NCBI GenBank assembly: GCA_951406725.2
Contig: OX597814.1
Location: forward strand, 131,688,001 to 131,752,000
DNA: 64,000 nt
Direction of reading: 5' to 3'
From: Octopus vulgaris
Taxonomy: Eukaryota
Shown one piece after another: positions 43,555 to 57,351 of the stretch (the stretch's first letter is position 1; each line of letters opens with the position of its first letter). Below the pieces are notes generated by a model that did not search any database, was not told the DNA's origin, and saw only the letters and a program-made list of their open reading frames with translations. The translations under genes were made by a program, and so were the position numbers.

Positions 43555-46057
43555 TAATAATAATAATGATAATAATGATAATAATAATAATAATAATGAT
43601 AAGAAGAAGAAGAAGATGAAGAAGAAGAAGGAGGAGGAGGAGGAGGAGGAGGAAGAGGAGTGAGAAGATGTTGATGGTAATGAATTTGGCACTAGGTCAG
43701 CAATTTTGAGGGTAAAGTGTTAGTCGATATCGTCAATTACAGTTTTTGAATGGTACTTTATTTTATCGATTCTAGAGTAATAAAAAAAAAGGTATTCGAC
43801 GGAATTTGAACCTTGAACGTTAAGAGCCGAAACAGATATTACTTTAGCGAACGTTCCAGATAATGGTGTCTGGTGTTTAGATGATAGCTTGACCTCTGCT
43901 AGATTTAATTTCGGGACGTGAAGGGCTGAAACAAATACTACTTTAACGGTACTGACGAATATCAAAGAGGCATAATGCATTATATGACTGGAAGACAGAG
44001 AACTTACAATTAAATTGACTCCGGTACCTGTCGGGCACGTCAGAGCTAATTAACTCTTGAAGGATGGGGATTAAATATGCCATCGACCAAATTTCAACAC
44101 AGAATGTAAAGAGTCCTAACCAAATATTACAAGACATTTATTCCGGCATTTTACCGATGCCGAGTAATAATGATAATCAAACGGAATGTCACTGGCTACG
44201 TAGTTTTAGCCAGAAAAAAAATCTCTACATCTCAACCTCCTAAAACTATTTGTAGCTATTCAAAAACAAAGTACTACAGATGAAATAATTATATGGTAAT
44301 AAATTACTATGTCCACTTCAAAGCCACTTATATGGAAGCTATTTATAAATGCATCCCGATCCAAAAATAGTTTCTTTGTCCCACTTTACCGTATTATGAG
44401 AAATGAGGACATTAGAGACTTTCTTAAACTGGAATGTATACCAGCAGTATGAAAACCGGTGCTTTAGACACACATCAGAAACTGCTTCGAAGCATCTCTA
44501 CTCTGAGATATGGCAATCTACACAGAGAACGAGGGTAATACACCAGAAAAGAAAGTGCTTCCTAAAGGAAGTATCAATCTCAACAGATGATGATGTATTG
44601 CTCAAAGAAATTGCGAAATTATTCATATCCTTAAATCCTTAAAAATGTTTCAGCCCGAAAGCTGCGGCCATGCTGGGGCACCACCGTTGAATGAGCTACA
44701 CTAGTATGTGAAACCATATACAAAGATTGGGAAATAGTAAAAAAAACCCAAATAACCTGAATGCTGTTTTTGAAAATAGAAACAACTCTTACCATAGCTG
44801 GTACCTTGGAAATGATCAAAAGTAGGCAGAAAACTGCTGAACTAAACTTTCAGGACTTATACATATGCGCAACATGCAGAAAGTAGCACTAAATATATTG
44901 CATGATATGTTGCCTAGAGTATTTTCAATACAAGAAGCAGAACAAAACATTATTCATATCTATGGCATAAAGGGATTCACTGGGTAGTGCAATGACAGTG
45001 AGTAATAAAGATTAAAATACATTATTGTTATATAACTGGTGTTAGTTTGTATAAATATCCGCTATCTTTTACAAACTTGGAAGATATCCCTATGCCTCCC
45101 TATAAACATGCAGTGTTTCATTTACTGAGTACAAATGTGTTAATTATAGCATGCTAAATTATACAATATTGTACAATAAGCTACTTGTATATATTTAACA
45201 TATACTTAAGCATTCTGAGAAATAGGAAATCCTTGTGAAAAGAGCAACAAATAAACGGTGTATTGTTTGTCGGTCACAAATGCTCCCACTAGCCCATTTA
45301 CTTATAGTGATATTTTTGTATCGGCCTAATTTTCAATTAAACAAGGAAATATACGTCAGCTTTGAGCACGATTATCATGACTAATATAAATTTCGGAATG
45401 CTTATGATCAGTCAATCATATATGTTTACATTAAAAAAAATCGCGCTATTATACATTATAATCTCATAAAATTATATTATACATTATAATCTCATAAAAT
45501 TATTTTTCTCGTATATTTTCATTGGTTTCATTCACTATGTGGCATACCTATTTCTTTATTATCCACAAGGGGCTAAACATAGAGGGGACAAACAAGGACA
45601 GACATAGGTATTAAGTCGATTACATCGACCCCAGTGCGTAACTGCTACTTAATTTATCGACCCCGAAAGGATGAAAGGCAAAGTCGACCTCGGCGGAATT
45701 TGAACTCAAAACGTAACAGCAGACGAAATACGGCTACGCATTTCGCCCGGCGTGCTAACGTTTCTGCCAGCTCGCCGCCTTTCGTAAGCTGGAATTTATA
45801 CCAGCAGTATGAAAACCGGTGCTTTAGACACACACCAGAAACTGCTTCGAAGCATCTCTACTCTGAGATATGGCAATCTACACAAAGAGAACGAGGGTAA
45901 TACACCAGAAAAGAAAGTGCTTCCTAAAGGAAGTATCAATCTCAACAGATGATGATTGGTGGCGTACCATCTTCCCTATTACATCGATTCTGTTACTTAT
46001 TTTCTATGACGCTATGTACGTGTATATGAAATGGACGTGTGTGTGTTTGTAAGAGAG

Positions 46058-46118
<61 letters not shown>

Positions 46119-46425
46119 AAGAGTGTGTGTGTGAGAGGTGCGTTCAAGTTCCTGGAACTCACATCTATAACTTTTTAAGTATATTTACACTCTCTAAGAT
46201 GTTTGGAAAACCTATATGAAATTAAGCTGAAGATTACTTGACATTATATTTGCTGTAATTTTTGCAGCTTTAATAAAATATTTATAGTATGAAACAATTG
46301 TACTAAGCTACTGATCCATTCTTGTTGCTTATTTTTTGGTTACATACACAAATAGATATGCATAAATCTTTTTTGTATGTGTGTGCGTGCGTGTGTGTGA
46401 GCGAGTGATGCCTAAGTGGCACTCA

Positions 46426-46463
<38 letters not shown>

Positions 46464-46837
46464 TGCCCACACACATACAAAAAAGATGCATGCATATTTA
46501 TTTATGCATGTATGTATACATGATAACACACCATTTCACTCACCTTCTCACGCACACACGTCCATTTAATTTGCATATACATAAATCTTTCCTTTTCTTC
46601 TGTCTTTCATTCTAAAACAAGAGTAAATAAAAAAAAATCAACGAACGAAACCAGCTGTTCATTTTGACATTTGTGAGACGACAACCGAAAGATGGCTTAC
46701 AAAAGTAGCAACGATTACATAGAGGTATTTGAATATCTATAGCGTATCAAATAGCCATAGCAGCAAATTCACTTAATAAGTCTCTTAGATAACGACAGAA
46801 AGGTGTATGTGTGTATGCGAGAGAGAGAGAGAGGGAG

Positions 46838-46887
<50 letters not shown>

Positions 46888-46989
46888 GGAGTAAACACAT
46901 AAATGTGAAACAAGGTGGAAAAAAGAGTACTCAAATACCAGTGGTAGAGTAATATGCTTTATTTAAAGCAGCAGAAAATTCAACAAAAC

Positions 46990-47089
46990 CTGTTACTCTG
47001 AGTTTCGCGTTGCCGTTCATCGGACATTTTTTGCTAGATTACATAGCAAAAACTGTCCGATGAACGGCAACGCGAAATTCAAAGTAACA
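46990..47089. ncRNA. Back-to-back minimal hammerhead-like motifs (46990-47026 minus; 47054-47089 plus)
   Basis: ugu-CCGAUGA-acg gcaa cgc-GAAA-cucagag-UA-aca, a U4C core variant. A fragment at 59706-59726 restores the acg/cgu stem II. Confidence 0.65.
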
Positions 47090-47121
47090 CATTTTGTTGA
47101 ATTTTCTGCTGCTTTAAATAA

Positions 47122-47167
<46 letters not shown>

Positions 47168-47317
47168 CCAATTAAGGACTGCACACGAAAAGTGGACAGT
47201 CAACATGCTAGATATAGACGTCAAATCGCCATTCTCCACAAAAAGTTTATGTTCTCAGATCAAACTCAACAAAACCAAAGTAATAAACAAGTGAAAAATA
47301 TACGAAATAAATATTTA

Positions 47318-47384
47318 CCCATGTACTAAATTTAGTTTCAGCTGTTATTTTCCGCAAGGAAAAGTGCAGCATCATCAGCATGGT
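47318..47384 (-). ncRNA. Type I hammerhead ribozyme, inverted copy
   Basis: Reverse complement of 47984-48050, with an intact core. Confidence 0.85.
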
Positions 47385-47983
47385 CCCATATAAAATGTAA
47401 TTTGCTGGACTAAATGCCAACAGACACCAAAATATCGCGTGCATGGAGTCCGGCCTATTACATTTGAAATATATATTTCAAATGCCACTACTTTTGGCGC
47501 GATGAGACCCGAGAAAACTAGCCTGTACTAAATTTAGTACATGGGTAAATATTTATTTCGTATATTTTTCACTTGTTTATTACTTTGGTTTTGTTGAGTT
47601 TGATCTGAGAACATAAACTTTTTGTGGAGAATGGCGATTTGACGTCTATATCTAGCATGTTGACTGTCCACTTTTCGTGTGCAGTCCTTAATTGGTATAT
47701 ATAAATATTTTAATCTTCGGATTCTTTTTTAATATGCTAGACCACTGGTTCTAATTGATAAATATCAATTTTTACCCTAAATTTAATTTTATAAATATTT
47801 GTTCTCTAACCGATAAATTAACTGCTGCTAACTATTAGCTGCAGGCTAGTTTTCTCGGGTCTCATCGCGCCAAAAGTAGTGGCATTTGAAATATATATTT
47901 CAAATGTAATAGGCCGGACTCCATGCACGCGATATTTTGGTGTCGTGTTGGCATTTAGTCCAGCAAATTATATTTTATATGGG

Positions 47984-48050
47984 ACCATGCTGATGATGCT
48001 GCACTTTTCCTTGCGGAAAATAACAGCTGAAACTAAATTTAGTACATGGT
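47984..48050 (+). ncRNA. Type I hammerhead ribozyme (canonical core)
   Basis: accatg-CUGAUGA-stem II (gcug/cagc enclosing uuuucc/ggaaaa)-GAAA-c uaaauuua g-UA-cauggu. Stem I is 6 bp, stem III is palindromic, and the cleavage triplet is GUA. Confidence 0.88.
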
Positions 48051-48297
48051 TAAATATTTATTTCGTATATTTTTCACTTGTTTATTACTTTGGTTTTGTT
48101 GAGTTTGATCTGAGAACATAAACTTTTTGTGGAGAATGGCGATTTGACGTCTATATCTAGCATGTTGACTGTCCACTTTTCGTGTGCAGTCTTTAATTGG
48201 TATATATAAATATTTTAATCTTCGGATTCTTTTTTAATATGCTAGACCACTGGTTCTAATTGATAAATATCAATTTTTACCTTAAATTTAATTTTAT

Positions 48298-48358
<61 letters not shown>

Positions 48359-50124
48359 GGCGGTGCCCCAGCATGGCCACACCTCGTGAGCTGAAACTAG
48401 ATGAAAATGAAAATGAAAAAGATATATATTGGCTGGCTTCCCGCATGCGTAGAATTCTACTGAAATACTAAACTTAAAGAATACCAGACCACTGCCAGAA
48501 AGCCCGGCATGCTAGAAACAGCAGGTAAACGACATCATTTCTGAAGAAACTCCACCGTTTTCCAAAAAGCTAAAAATAAAACATTGGGAGTGTGTAGCTT
48601 TTTGAAAGTAGTGAGGTGATGGGTAAAATTCTTAAAGATTCGTACTCTGTTTTCTTTTTTCTCCATGGATTACAAAAAAAAAAAAAAATTGAAAAAGGTA
48701 AAATATGTATTTGGTGTGGAGAGGGAAAAAAATTAAAATATTGAGAACGTATTTTGTGGGTGAAATCCTAATCTCCTATATCGCAAACATAAAAATCGGA
48801 ATAAATTTAAGGAAAAGAATAAGGGCGGGGAAGGAAATGTCACCTCGGACATACTAGAAAGAAGCGAAAAAGGACAGGATTTCTGAGAAAACTTCCTTTT
48901 GAGTGTATATCATCAAACACACAAATTGCACAATAGAAAAAGACAATTTCAGTTGGACTTGAGCTGTAAATTTGCGCGTGCACACTGTAAGAAATAACAC
49001 AATTCACACAGAAGTTTTACCTAAAGTGTGTGCATGTGTGTCAAAGGAAGTTAGTTTATGGCTTTCTTTCGTTAGAAGAAGTAAAGTTGTCAACTCGACA
49101 TATACGGGATCATAAGATTGTTGGTTAATTTCCGTAAAATTGTTTTAATTTCTGTGTGCTTTCAAGAAAGCAGAAGCTGAAAGAGAAGATAAAGTGAAAA
49201 GGCGACATTTGCTTTGAAGTGAGAGGAGAAAGTAAAAGAGAGGAGAAAGTGTATATGAAATGGACGTGTGTGTGTGTGTGAGATAGATAGATATATACAC
49301 ATACATAGCGGAGGTAAAGAATATGCATACCACCCATTTTCGGCGTAACTCTAAACCTAACCCTAACACCTAACACCGAGAGTGCACATTCTCTACCTTC
49401 ACCCATAAATACATATGCATACATCTTTTGTGTGTGTGTGTGTGAGAGAGAGAGAGAGTGAGTGGGAGAGAGAGTGAGAGAGAGAGGGAGAGAGAGAGGG
49501 AGAGAGAGGGAGAGTGTGTGTGACTGTATTTCCTCATAACATATAGAGAAATGGATGTCTTTTAATGAAATATTTTGGGTTGTAGCTTATTTTAATACAA
49601 TATTTATGTGTACATTTTCATAACTGTTTGTTTGAGTAGAATTCTACACATGTGTGAACATTGGACGAAAGTGAAACAATGGAAGCAAATCGAAATATTG
49701 TCCAAATATGACCTCAAAATTGTGCGACCCGACCTAATTACGAAGGTTATTTTAGTTATAAAAAAGAGTTGAGTCCAAAACAGTTTGTTTGGTAGATAGA
49801 TAATAAGCAGCTTTCTTTATTATAATACAGATGTGACTAATTCGGAGAAACATTACTTTCATTATTCACACATCGTAATTCTCGTAATACAACACTTCAA
49901 AATTTTCATTCAAATTGAAAGTGAGAAATTATTTTCATTTTCTAACGAAACCTGGTCGTTGTAGAGAAGTGTAGTTGAAATAACTATAGCTGGTTTTTGA
50001 GATAACGTAGAAAATATGTGAATGAAAATAAAGTTTATTTGACATGTGTAATTCCTTTGATTGTTCTAGTCTTAACATCAGTTAACAGAAGTCATTTGAG
50101 GACAACTTTTAGTTTGAGGACACC

Positions 50125-50320
50125 TTTTAGTTTAGATGATACCCATCTTGTCCATTCCACAGAGTAAGAGTATATTGGAGAGCATGATAAGAGGGATGAG
50201 TCTGAAAAATACGTTTAAGTTTATCTCGAACACGAATCATAATATCATGATTTTCATGGGGATCACCAACCATAAGGATGGCGACTTCATTAGATGTGGG
50301 CTCATTAAAACGTAGAAACA
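50125..50320 (-). mobile_element. Helitron Rep fragment
   Basis: RFNEPTSNEVAILMVGD...THPSYHALQY...DGYH. Confidence 0.8.
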
Positions 50321-52774
50321 CACACACACACACACATACACACACACACACACACACACATACACACACACACACACACACACTCACAACTCATAGAATT
50401 GATTATATTGAAAACAGCAAAATGTACACATACGAAGCTAAAGCGAAACGAAATCTATTAAAAAATGGCAAGTCACCAATTTAGCAAAAATGACTAAATG
50501 TAGTCAATATAGGTGCAAAACATACTTCCTGTAGCATAATCATGCTATAAAACATGTAAAGTCACCAATTTAGCAAAAGTGAATATGTGTCACCAGTGTT
50601 ACAAAGTACAGAAAGTCAACATTTATTTGGAACATGCACTAAATGTTATAAAATTCAAGATTGAATATCACGGTGAAGAAAGTGAAAGCCTAAGAAAATT
50701 CAGAAGGCATAATTCACTTTTTTTATACAAAAATAATTTATTCTATAATTTTGAAACGAACGCTGAACCAAGTGTATAGAAAAGAAAATGCTGTTGTTGT
50801 GAACGTTAATTTGAAATATTTGCTGAAGGATGTATGTAGCAAGATACAAGTTAATTTGACATTACTAAATATGTTTTAACTGTTTACTTTTATAGGCTGT
50901 AGAATAAATACCGACTAACGCAGTAAAGAGGTTGTGCGATGTTGATACTCTCAGAGATGAAGAAGCTTGGGAAGACTGTTAAAAATTACGTTGAAGCTAG
51001 TTAGAAAGTGTGGAATAATATTTCTGCAATTATAGTGAAAGAGCCGTTGCGGCTTTCTACTTCGCCAAGTTACTGAATTTGTTATAATAACCAAAATAAC
51101 ATTTTCCCCAGATATATTTGCGAGTCTTGTGAGTGGTGTAAAATCAGCCAAATCTTCATGTTGGTAGTACTTGAAAGTGAACGTTGTTGTTCGTTTAAAG
51201 TCCAGGCCGCAACTAAAGTTTCAATATCGGCGCGTTTAACTGTTGGGCGGGAGAAAGTTACATACATAACCTAAGACACACACATACCTTAACGCACACC
51301 TGAAGCCTATCTCTGTCCCTGTGTGTCACTTGTCACAAAAGGTATGCATACAGACAGACACATACACCAACACACACACACACTTATCAGTCATCGGCCT
51401 AACGTAGGTAACGAACGCGCGAACACATTCAAATAGAAAATGTGACGTCATCGTCGTTATAGTGGTGATATAAAATGTCGTTTATCATAAGTGACTAAAA
51501 GAAAAATGACAATGTAAAATTTTTGTAATGCAAATATGTGAATGAAAATATAGTTTCGTTGATAGCCAAAAGCCTACTGAATCTTTTGATACCCCATACG
51601 TTTTGGAATGCATAAGGAACATACGCGCCCGCACACACAGACACACATATACAAACTCTCTCTTATATATATATATAACTATCTATGTATATATTTTTTA
51701 AATGCAGAAATGGTTAAATTTGCCATCTTTGTATGTCTGCTACGTAATTATATATATATTATAACATACTTCTATGCAGAGGGGACTAACATCCCCGTTA
51801 ACATGCATCTGATATAAAACAATGTGTCTGACACTTATGGCATGCAAATTAGTAACTCCAGTTCTATGTCGTTGCTGGATTTGTTGAGCATATAAGTATT
51901 TGGGACACACACTCACACTCTGTGGAATATTAAACAATTATATAAATCAAAAAATTCCCAGATTATACGTAATTAAAATCATCACATAGTAAGGTAACTA
52001 GAATTACAAATTTAACGTCTGTTACATCCTACTTTCTTTATAGCATAATTCGCAACCTCTCTGTTCACCTTAGCACGGAATAGCAAATTTCCTAACAGTT
52101 TATTCCATAGTTTTGTTTGTATAGATACACACTTGCATGCATAGATATGTGTGTGTGTGAGCTTGTGTGAGTGCGTACGTAAGTAGTAGTCATAGAAGCA
52201 TCTAGACATCCCAGAATGTATATATGCATATGAGTTCTTCATATAAGTAATTCGTAATTGACTTTTTCCCTTGTTTCACATACTCGTTGGCCATGACTAA
52301 TTTTTAATTAGTTTTATAACATTCTTAATGAATAAATGCTTTACATAAACGAAGTAATGTTCATATCTGTCTACTTCCCCCCCCCCAAAAAAAAAAAACA
52401 CTTACCACACACCGACATACGAATATAAACAAACCCACAAATAAATATACACATGCACGTTGTTGAAACATCCTGGCCACGTAAGAATATGAATGATTTT
52501 GATACAATGTCCTCTTTTTAACACTGAATTCTGTCTGTGTTCTCTTTTTAACACCGAATCTTGTCTGTGTGCAGTCTACTATGATCACCAGATTGGAATT
52601 CTCCCTCTCTCCCTCTCTCCTTCCTTCCATATTCCCTCTCTCCTTCTCTCCCTTGCTTTCTCGCTGTATCTTTCTCTGTTTCTCTCTCTCTTTCCAAATG
52701 TGTGTCTGTGTGAATGAGTTTTATGTATGTATGCACATACGTATGTATATGAAGTTATATATATTCCCCCCACA

Positions 52775-55256
52775 CACATATCCTATTCCGAAGGATATTT
52801 TTGCAAAATTAAATGGCGACAGAATATTTTCGAAACTGGATCTGTCTGATGCGTATCTACAAATTAAAGTAGACGGGGAATGCCTGAAGCTTCTAACTGT
52901 GAATACGCACAGAGGGCTATACAGATACAATGGACTACCATTTGGTCTGAAGGTCGCAGCTGCAATATTTCAACAGGTTATGGATGCGATGTTGGCGGAC
53001 TGTTAATTTGCAATTCCATATCGCGAAGATGTATAAATTAAAAATGAATCTCGTGATCAGCATATCGAACATGTGAAGTGTGTTTTTCAAAAAATAAGAG
53101 ATTATGGTTTCACACTCAGTGAGGAGAAATGTGAATTGTTTTGGCCTAAAATTAAATATTTAGAACAAATTATAGATAAAAATGGAAAACGACCTGACCC
53201 GTCGAGGAGAGACGCAATTACAAATATACCTCCCTCAACTAACATAGCGACATTAAAAGTTTTCTTGGCCTAGCGAACTATTATCAAAATTATATACCAA
53301 ACATGTATGAATTGAGAGCTCCACTTAATAATTTGCTAAAGAAAGACGCCAAATAGAAATGGTCAAATAACTGTCAAAGGCATTTCAGGATATTAAAAAA
53401 ATGTTAATTTTAGATTTGCTGCTGGTTCACTTCGATCCTGCCGCGGAGATTGTTGTAGCGTCTGACGCTTCTGAATACGGCATTAGAGCAGTTTTGCTAC
53501 ACAAATATAAAGACAGTAATATGAAAGCATGAGTTCATGCCTCACGTGCTCTGACTGTAGAAAAAAAAACTGCAGTCAGATAGTGACAGAAGATACAGCG
53601 ATTATTTTTGCCCCTGAAAAATTTTTACAGATTTCTCCACAGTAGACGTTTTCGGATTCAGATGGACCACTGAGCGTTGTTATCAATTTTTGGATCGAAG
53701 AAAGGAATTCCTACCATTACAGTCAGAAAAGGAAATTAAAAACGTTATGTGTAGTGTCATTCAGGACTGTACAAGATATAAAATGTAAATCAGCGGAGGA
53801 CAAATACATTATAAAAATGAAGGAAACCTTGAAAAATTAACATTAGAGAAACGCAAATGCGATCCATTTTTCACTCTACAACAGTACGCACAAAGGGTGG
53901 TCTACCAACTGCACAACAGAAGCGGATATATGAATTTTATTGTGAACACCCGGGGATGTCAAGAATGAAAGCTTGATGAGGAGTTACGTGTATTGGTCAA
54001 TAATGGGCCGGGGCATTGTACATTTGGCAAAATCATGTAGAGGTTGTGCGCTAGCAGCCAAGGCACCACCGGTGAAATACCAATCGTGGCCTGAGGCGGA
54101 TAGTCCGTAGTCCAGGGTTCATATAGATTACGCTGGACCAGTGAAAGGCGCGTACTACTTGATCATTGTTGGTAGCTTTATCAAGTGGCCGGAAGTATTT
54201 AGGTGCAGTCAACCTAGCTCGAAGGCAACAATAAAATTCCTGCATGAATTTTTTAGTCGATACGGTGTTCCGGACACCATAGTATCGGACAATGGAACAC
54301 AATTTACAGGATATGAGTTTAAAAATTCTGAAAATGTATGCAGTCAAGCACATGTTTAACCCATTCTACCACCCGAGGTCAGATGGGCAAGCAGAACGAT
54401 TCGTAGATATTTTTAAGCGAGCGCTAAAAAAAGCAAGGAACGAGTTAGGAAATGACAAAACGCTAAATTATTAAGGGTGTACAGAATAACGCCCAATCCA
54501 AATACTAGCTCAGGCAAGTCTCCTGCAGAGCTAATATTCATTCGAAAGATTAAATCGATCTTCGGCAAATTGTTGCCAAAGGGGAAAAAAAAGCGTATAG
54601 AGGAAATACAAAAAGTTCAACCAAACATTTTGATGTCGGAGACAAAGTCCATTTCAAAGTATACAAGTAAAAGTAAAGAAAGTTGGCAGAGTGGTGTAGC
54701 GACTAAAAGAATTGGAAACATGATGTATTTAATAAAAGGCCAACGATGGAAGCGTAAACGACACCTAAATCAATTAAAAACCAGACATACAGAAGAAAGG
54801 AAGGAAATTCCAGTGGAAGTGCAATACGACATGTTTAATGTGCTTCAGTAGATTGAGCCTAGAGGGAGCAGTAACAGAAAACGTAAACAGACTGAACATT
54901 TAGAAATAATTCCTAAGCGGAAAGGTACTGAACTCCCTAGGGAAGCAAAATTTCAAAATGGGAGAAGTGTTGGAAATAAATAAATAATAATAAGATAAAT
55001 TTCATTTTCTACGAAGATCAAAATCTCAAAAGGGGAGATGTTGTGGCGAGAATCACGACATCATCTGCGAGAACAGACCAGAGAGAGTAGGCATTAATTG
55101 CAGGAAGTCGCAAGATGTCGTTTTGGTAGTATATCGTTTGTTGGCTCGTGTATAGTTCGTGGAGAGTTTGTTGGATTGTTACGTTGTTACTACCCTGCTT
55201 CGTTACATGTTTGATTGTAAGTACACGGTTATAGTGTAAAAAGTATAATCATAACA
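52775..55256 (+). mobile_element. Gypsy LTR retrotransposon remnant (RT, RNase H, integrase, PPT, 3' LTR)
   Basis: Motifs FSKLDLSDAYLQI, NTHRGLYRY, GVPDTIVSDNGTQF and YHPRSDGQAERFV. The PPT aaaaggggaga is followed by a TG...CA LTR at 55039-55256. Confidence 0.9.
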
Positions 55257-55282
55257 ATTGGCGATACAACACACACACACAC

Positions 55283-55313
<31 letters not shown>

Positions 55314-55443
55314 TACATCCACATATTCCAAAGTTTTCTATTCTCTTTTTCGGGACCTCCTTTATGCACATGCCACTTTATGCACTTAGTCACTCAGACA
55401 GTGGATGACATGCAAATACATATGAATCATATTTCTGCTTCTT

Positions 55444-55861
55444 ATTTCTTTATTGCCCACAGGGAGCTAAACATAGATGGGACCAACAAGGACCAACAAA
55501 CGGATTAAGTCGATTAGATCGACCCCAGTGCGTAATTGGTACTTAATTTATCGACCCCGAAAGGATGAAAAGCGAAGTCGACCTCGGCGGAATTTGAACT
55601 CGGAACGTAATGGCAGACGAAATACCTATTTCTTTACTACCCACAAGGGGCTAAACACAGAGGGGACAAACAAGGACCGACAAACGGATTAAGTCGATTA
55701 CATCGACCCCAGTGCGTAACTCGTACTTATTTAATCAACCCCGAAAGGATGTAAGGCAAATTCGACCTCGGCGGAATTTGAACTCAGAACGTAGCGGCAG
55801 ACGAAATACCGCTGAGCATTTCGCCTGGCGTGCTATCGTTTCTGCCAGCTCGGCGCCTTAA
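55444..55861 (-). mobile_element. Tandem dimer of the same SINE
   Basis: Two units. TSD atatttctgcttctt at 55429-55443 and 55862-55876. Confidence 0.9.
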
Positions 55862-55959
55862 ATATTTCTGCTTCTTGTAAAGCATTTGAACTCAGGATTA
55901 GCCTGGACAAGACTGTCTTAATGTTCTAGCCTGCACCAGGAAATCCATATGTGTAACCA

Positions 55960-56790
55960 GCTATCTTGGTTGAAGTAACAATACTGAAAAGAGTAGACAA
56001 GTTTATCTACCTGGGCAGCACACTCAGCCGTTCTTGTTCCTTGGATGATGAAATATCTTTCAGGTTGCAGAGAGCAACTGATTCCTTTAGGCCTTTTGAG
56101 TCTTGTGTCTGGTCCCAACACGGCATCACAAAGCGAACAAAAATTGCTGTGTACCGTGCATGTGTAGTGATATCACTCATTTACTTATATGAGAAATGAA
56201 CCCTTTACAAACGTCATGTAAAGATCATTGAACGCTTTCATCAGAGATGTCTGAGACACATTCTGAATGTCGGCTGGACCTTTAAAACTTCAGATACACA
56301 GGTCCTGAGGAAAGCTGACAACCTGAATATTGAGGCGATGGTGCACAAACACCGATTACATTGGATTGGACACCTTATTAGAATGAATGTTAGCCAGATA
56401 CCGAAACATATGCTATATGGGGAACTTGTTAGCGGAAAGCAACCCCGGCAGAAGCTAATACTGCGACTTGAGGGCTGTGTAAAGTGCTCATTAAAAGCTT
56501 GTGAAATGCGGGAGGGCTGACTGAGAAAGCAATGCTTGTCATCGCTACGGATGGAGGAAACAGGTGAAGAAGGAGTCAACACCTTTGAAAGAACACATAT
56601 TCTTCATGAAGAATTTAAGCGTGCTGCTCGAAAACGCACTACTAGTGTAAAGAACTGGGAAAGCTTGGTCTGCAATGTTTACAGTCGTCTATGTTTGTCA
56701 AGAGCAGGACTCGTTAGTTACCAGCGGAGCCGCAAGTATAAAGTATAAGATAGTGTTGAACGCATAATATTCCTAAAGGTCAGTAATGAT
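55960..56790 (+). mobile_element. RTE-clade LINE 3' remnant
   Basis: Motifs FIYLGSTLS, TKIAVYRACV, RLHWIGHLIRM..QIPKHMLYGEL, and a terminal degenerate C2H2-like motif. Confidence 0.85.
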
Positions 56791-56846
56791 CACGAGTGGA
56801 CGGCCACCACACACACACAGACACAGATACACACATGCACACACAT

Positions 56847-56887
<41 letters not shown>

Positions 56888-57112
56888 TGTATGCATGTAT
56901 GTTTGTATGTATGTGTGCATAATGGGCTTCTTTCTGTTTACCACATCGGCTCACAAAGCTTTGTTCGGCTTCAAGCAAAACTAGCAGTCAAAACATCATT
57001 GAACGTCTGCGACTATCATATATATACATACATATATATATATACATATACATGCATACATACATGCATACACACATACATACATACATACATACATACA
57101 TACATACATACA

Positions 57113-57144
<32 letters not shown>

Positions 57145-57182
57145 CATATGTACGTTTCTCTCCTTGTTTCTTTCTGTGTTCC

Positions 57183-57216
57183 TTTCTGTGGAAGAGCGTA
57201 AGCTCGAAACGTTAAA
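57183..57216 (+). ncRNA. Minimal hammerhead-like motif (degenerate core)
   Basis: uuu-CUGUGGA-a-gagc guaa gcuc-GAAA-cg-UU-aaa. Confidence 0.5.
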
Positions 57217-57294
57217 AACTTTTTCAATTCCCGAGCGTTATCTGTTTGGTTTCTAAACCACCTGTCTTCGTCTTTTGTTTTTTTCTTGAATTCT

Positions 57295-57351
<57 letters not shown>

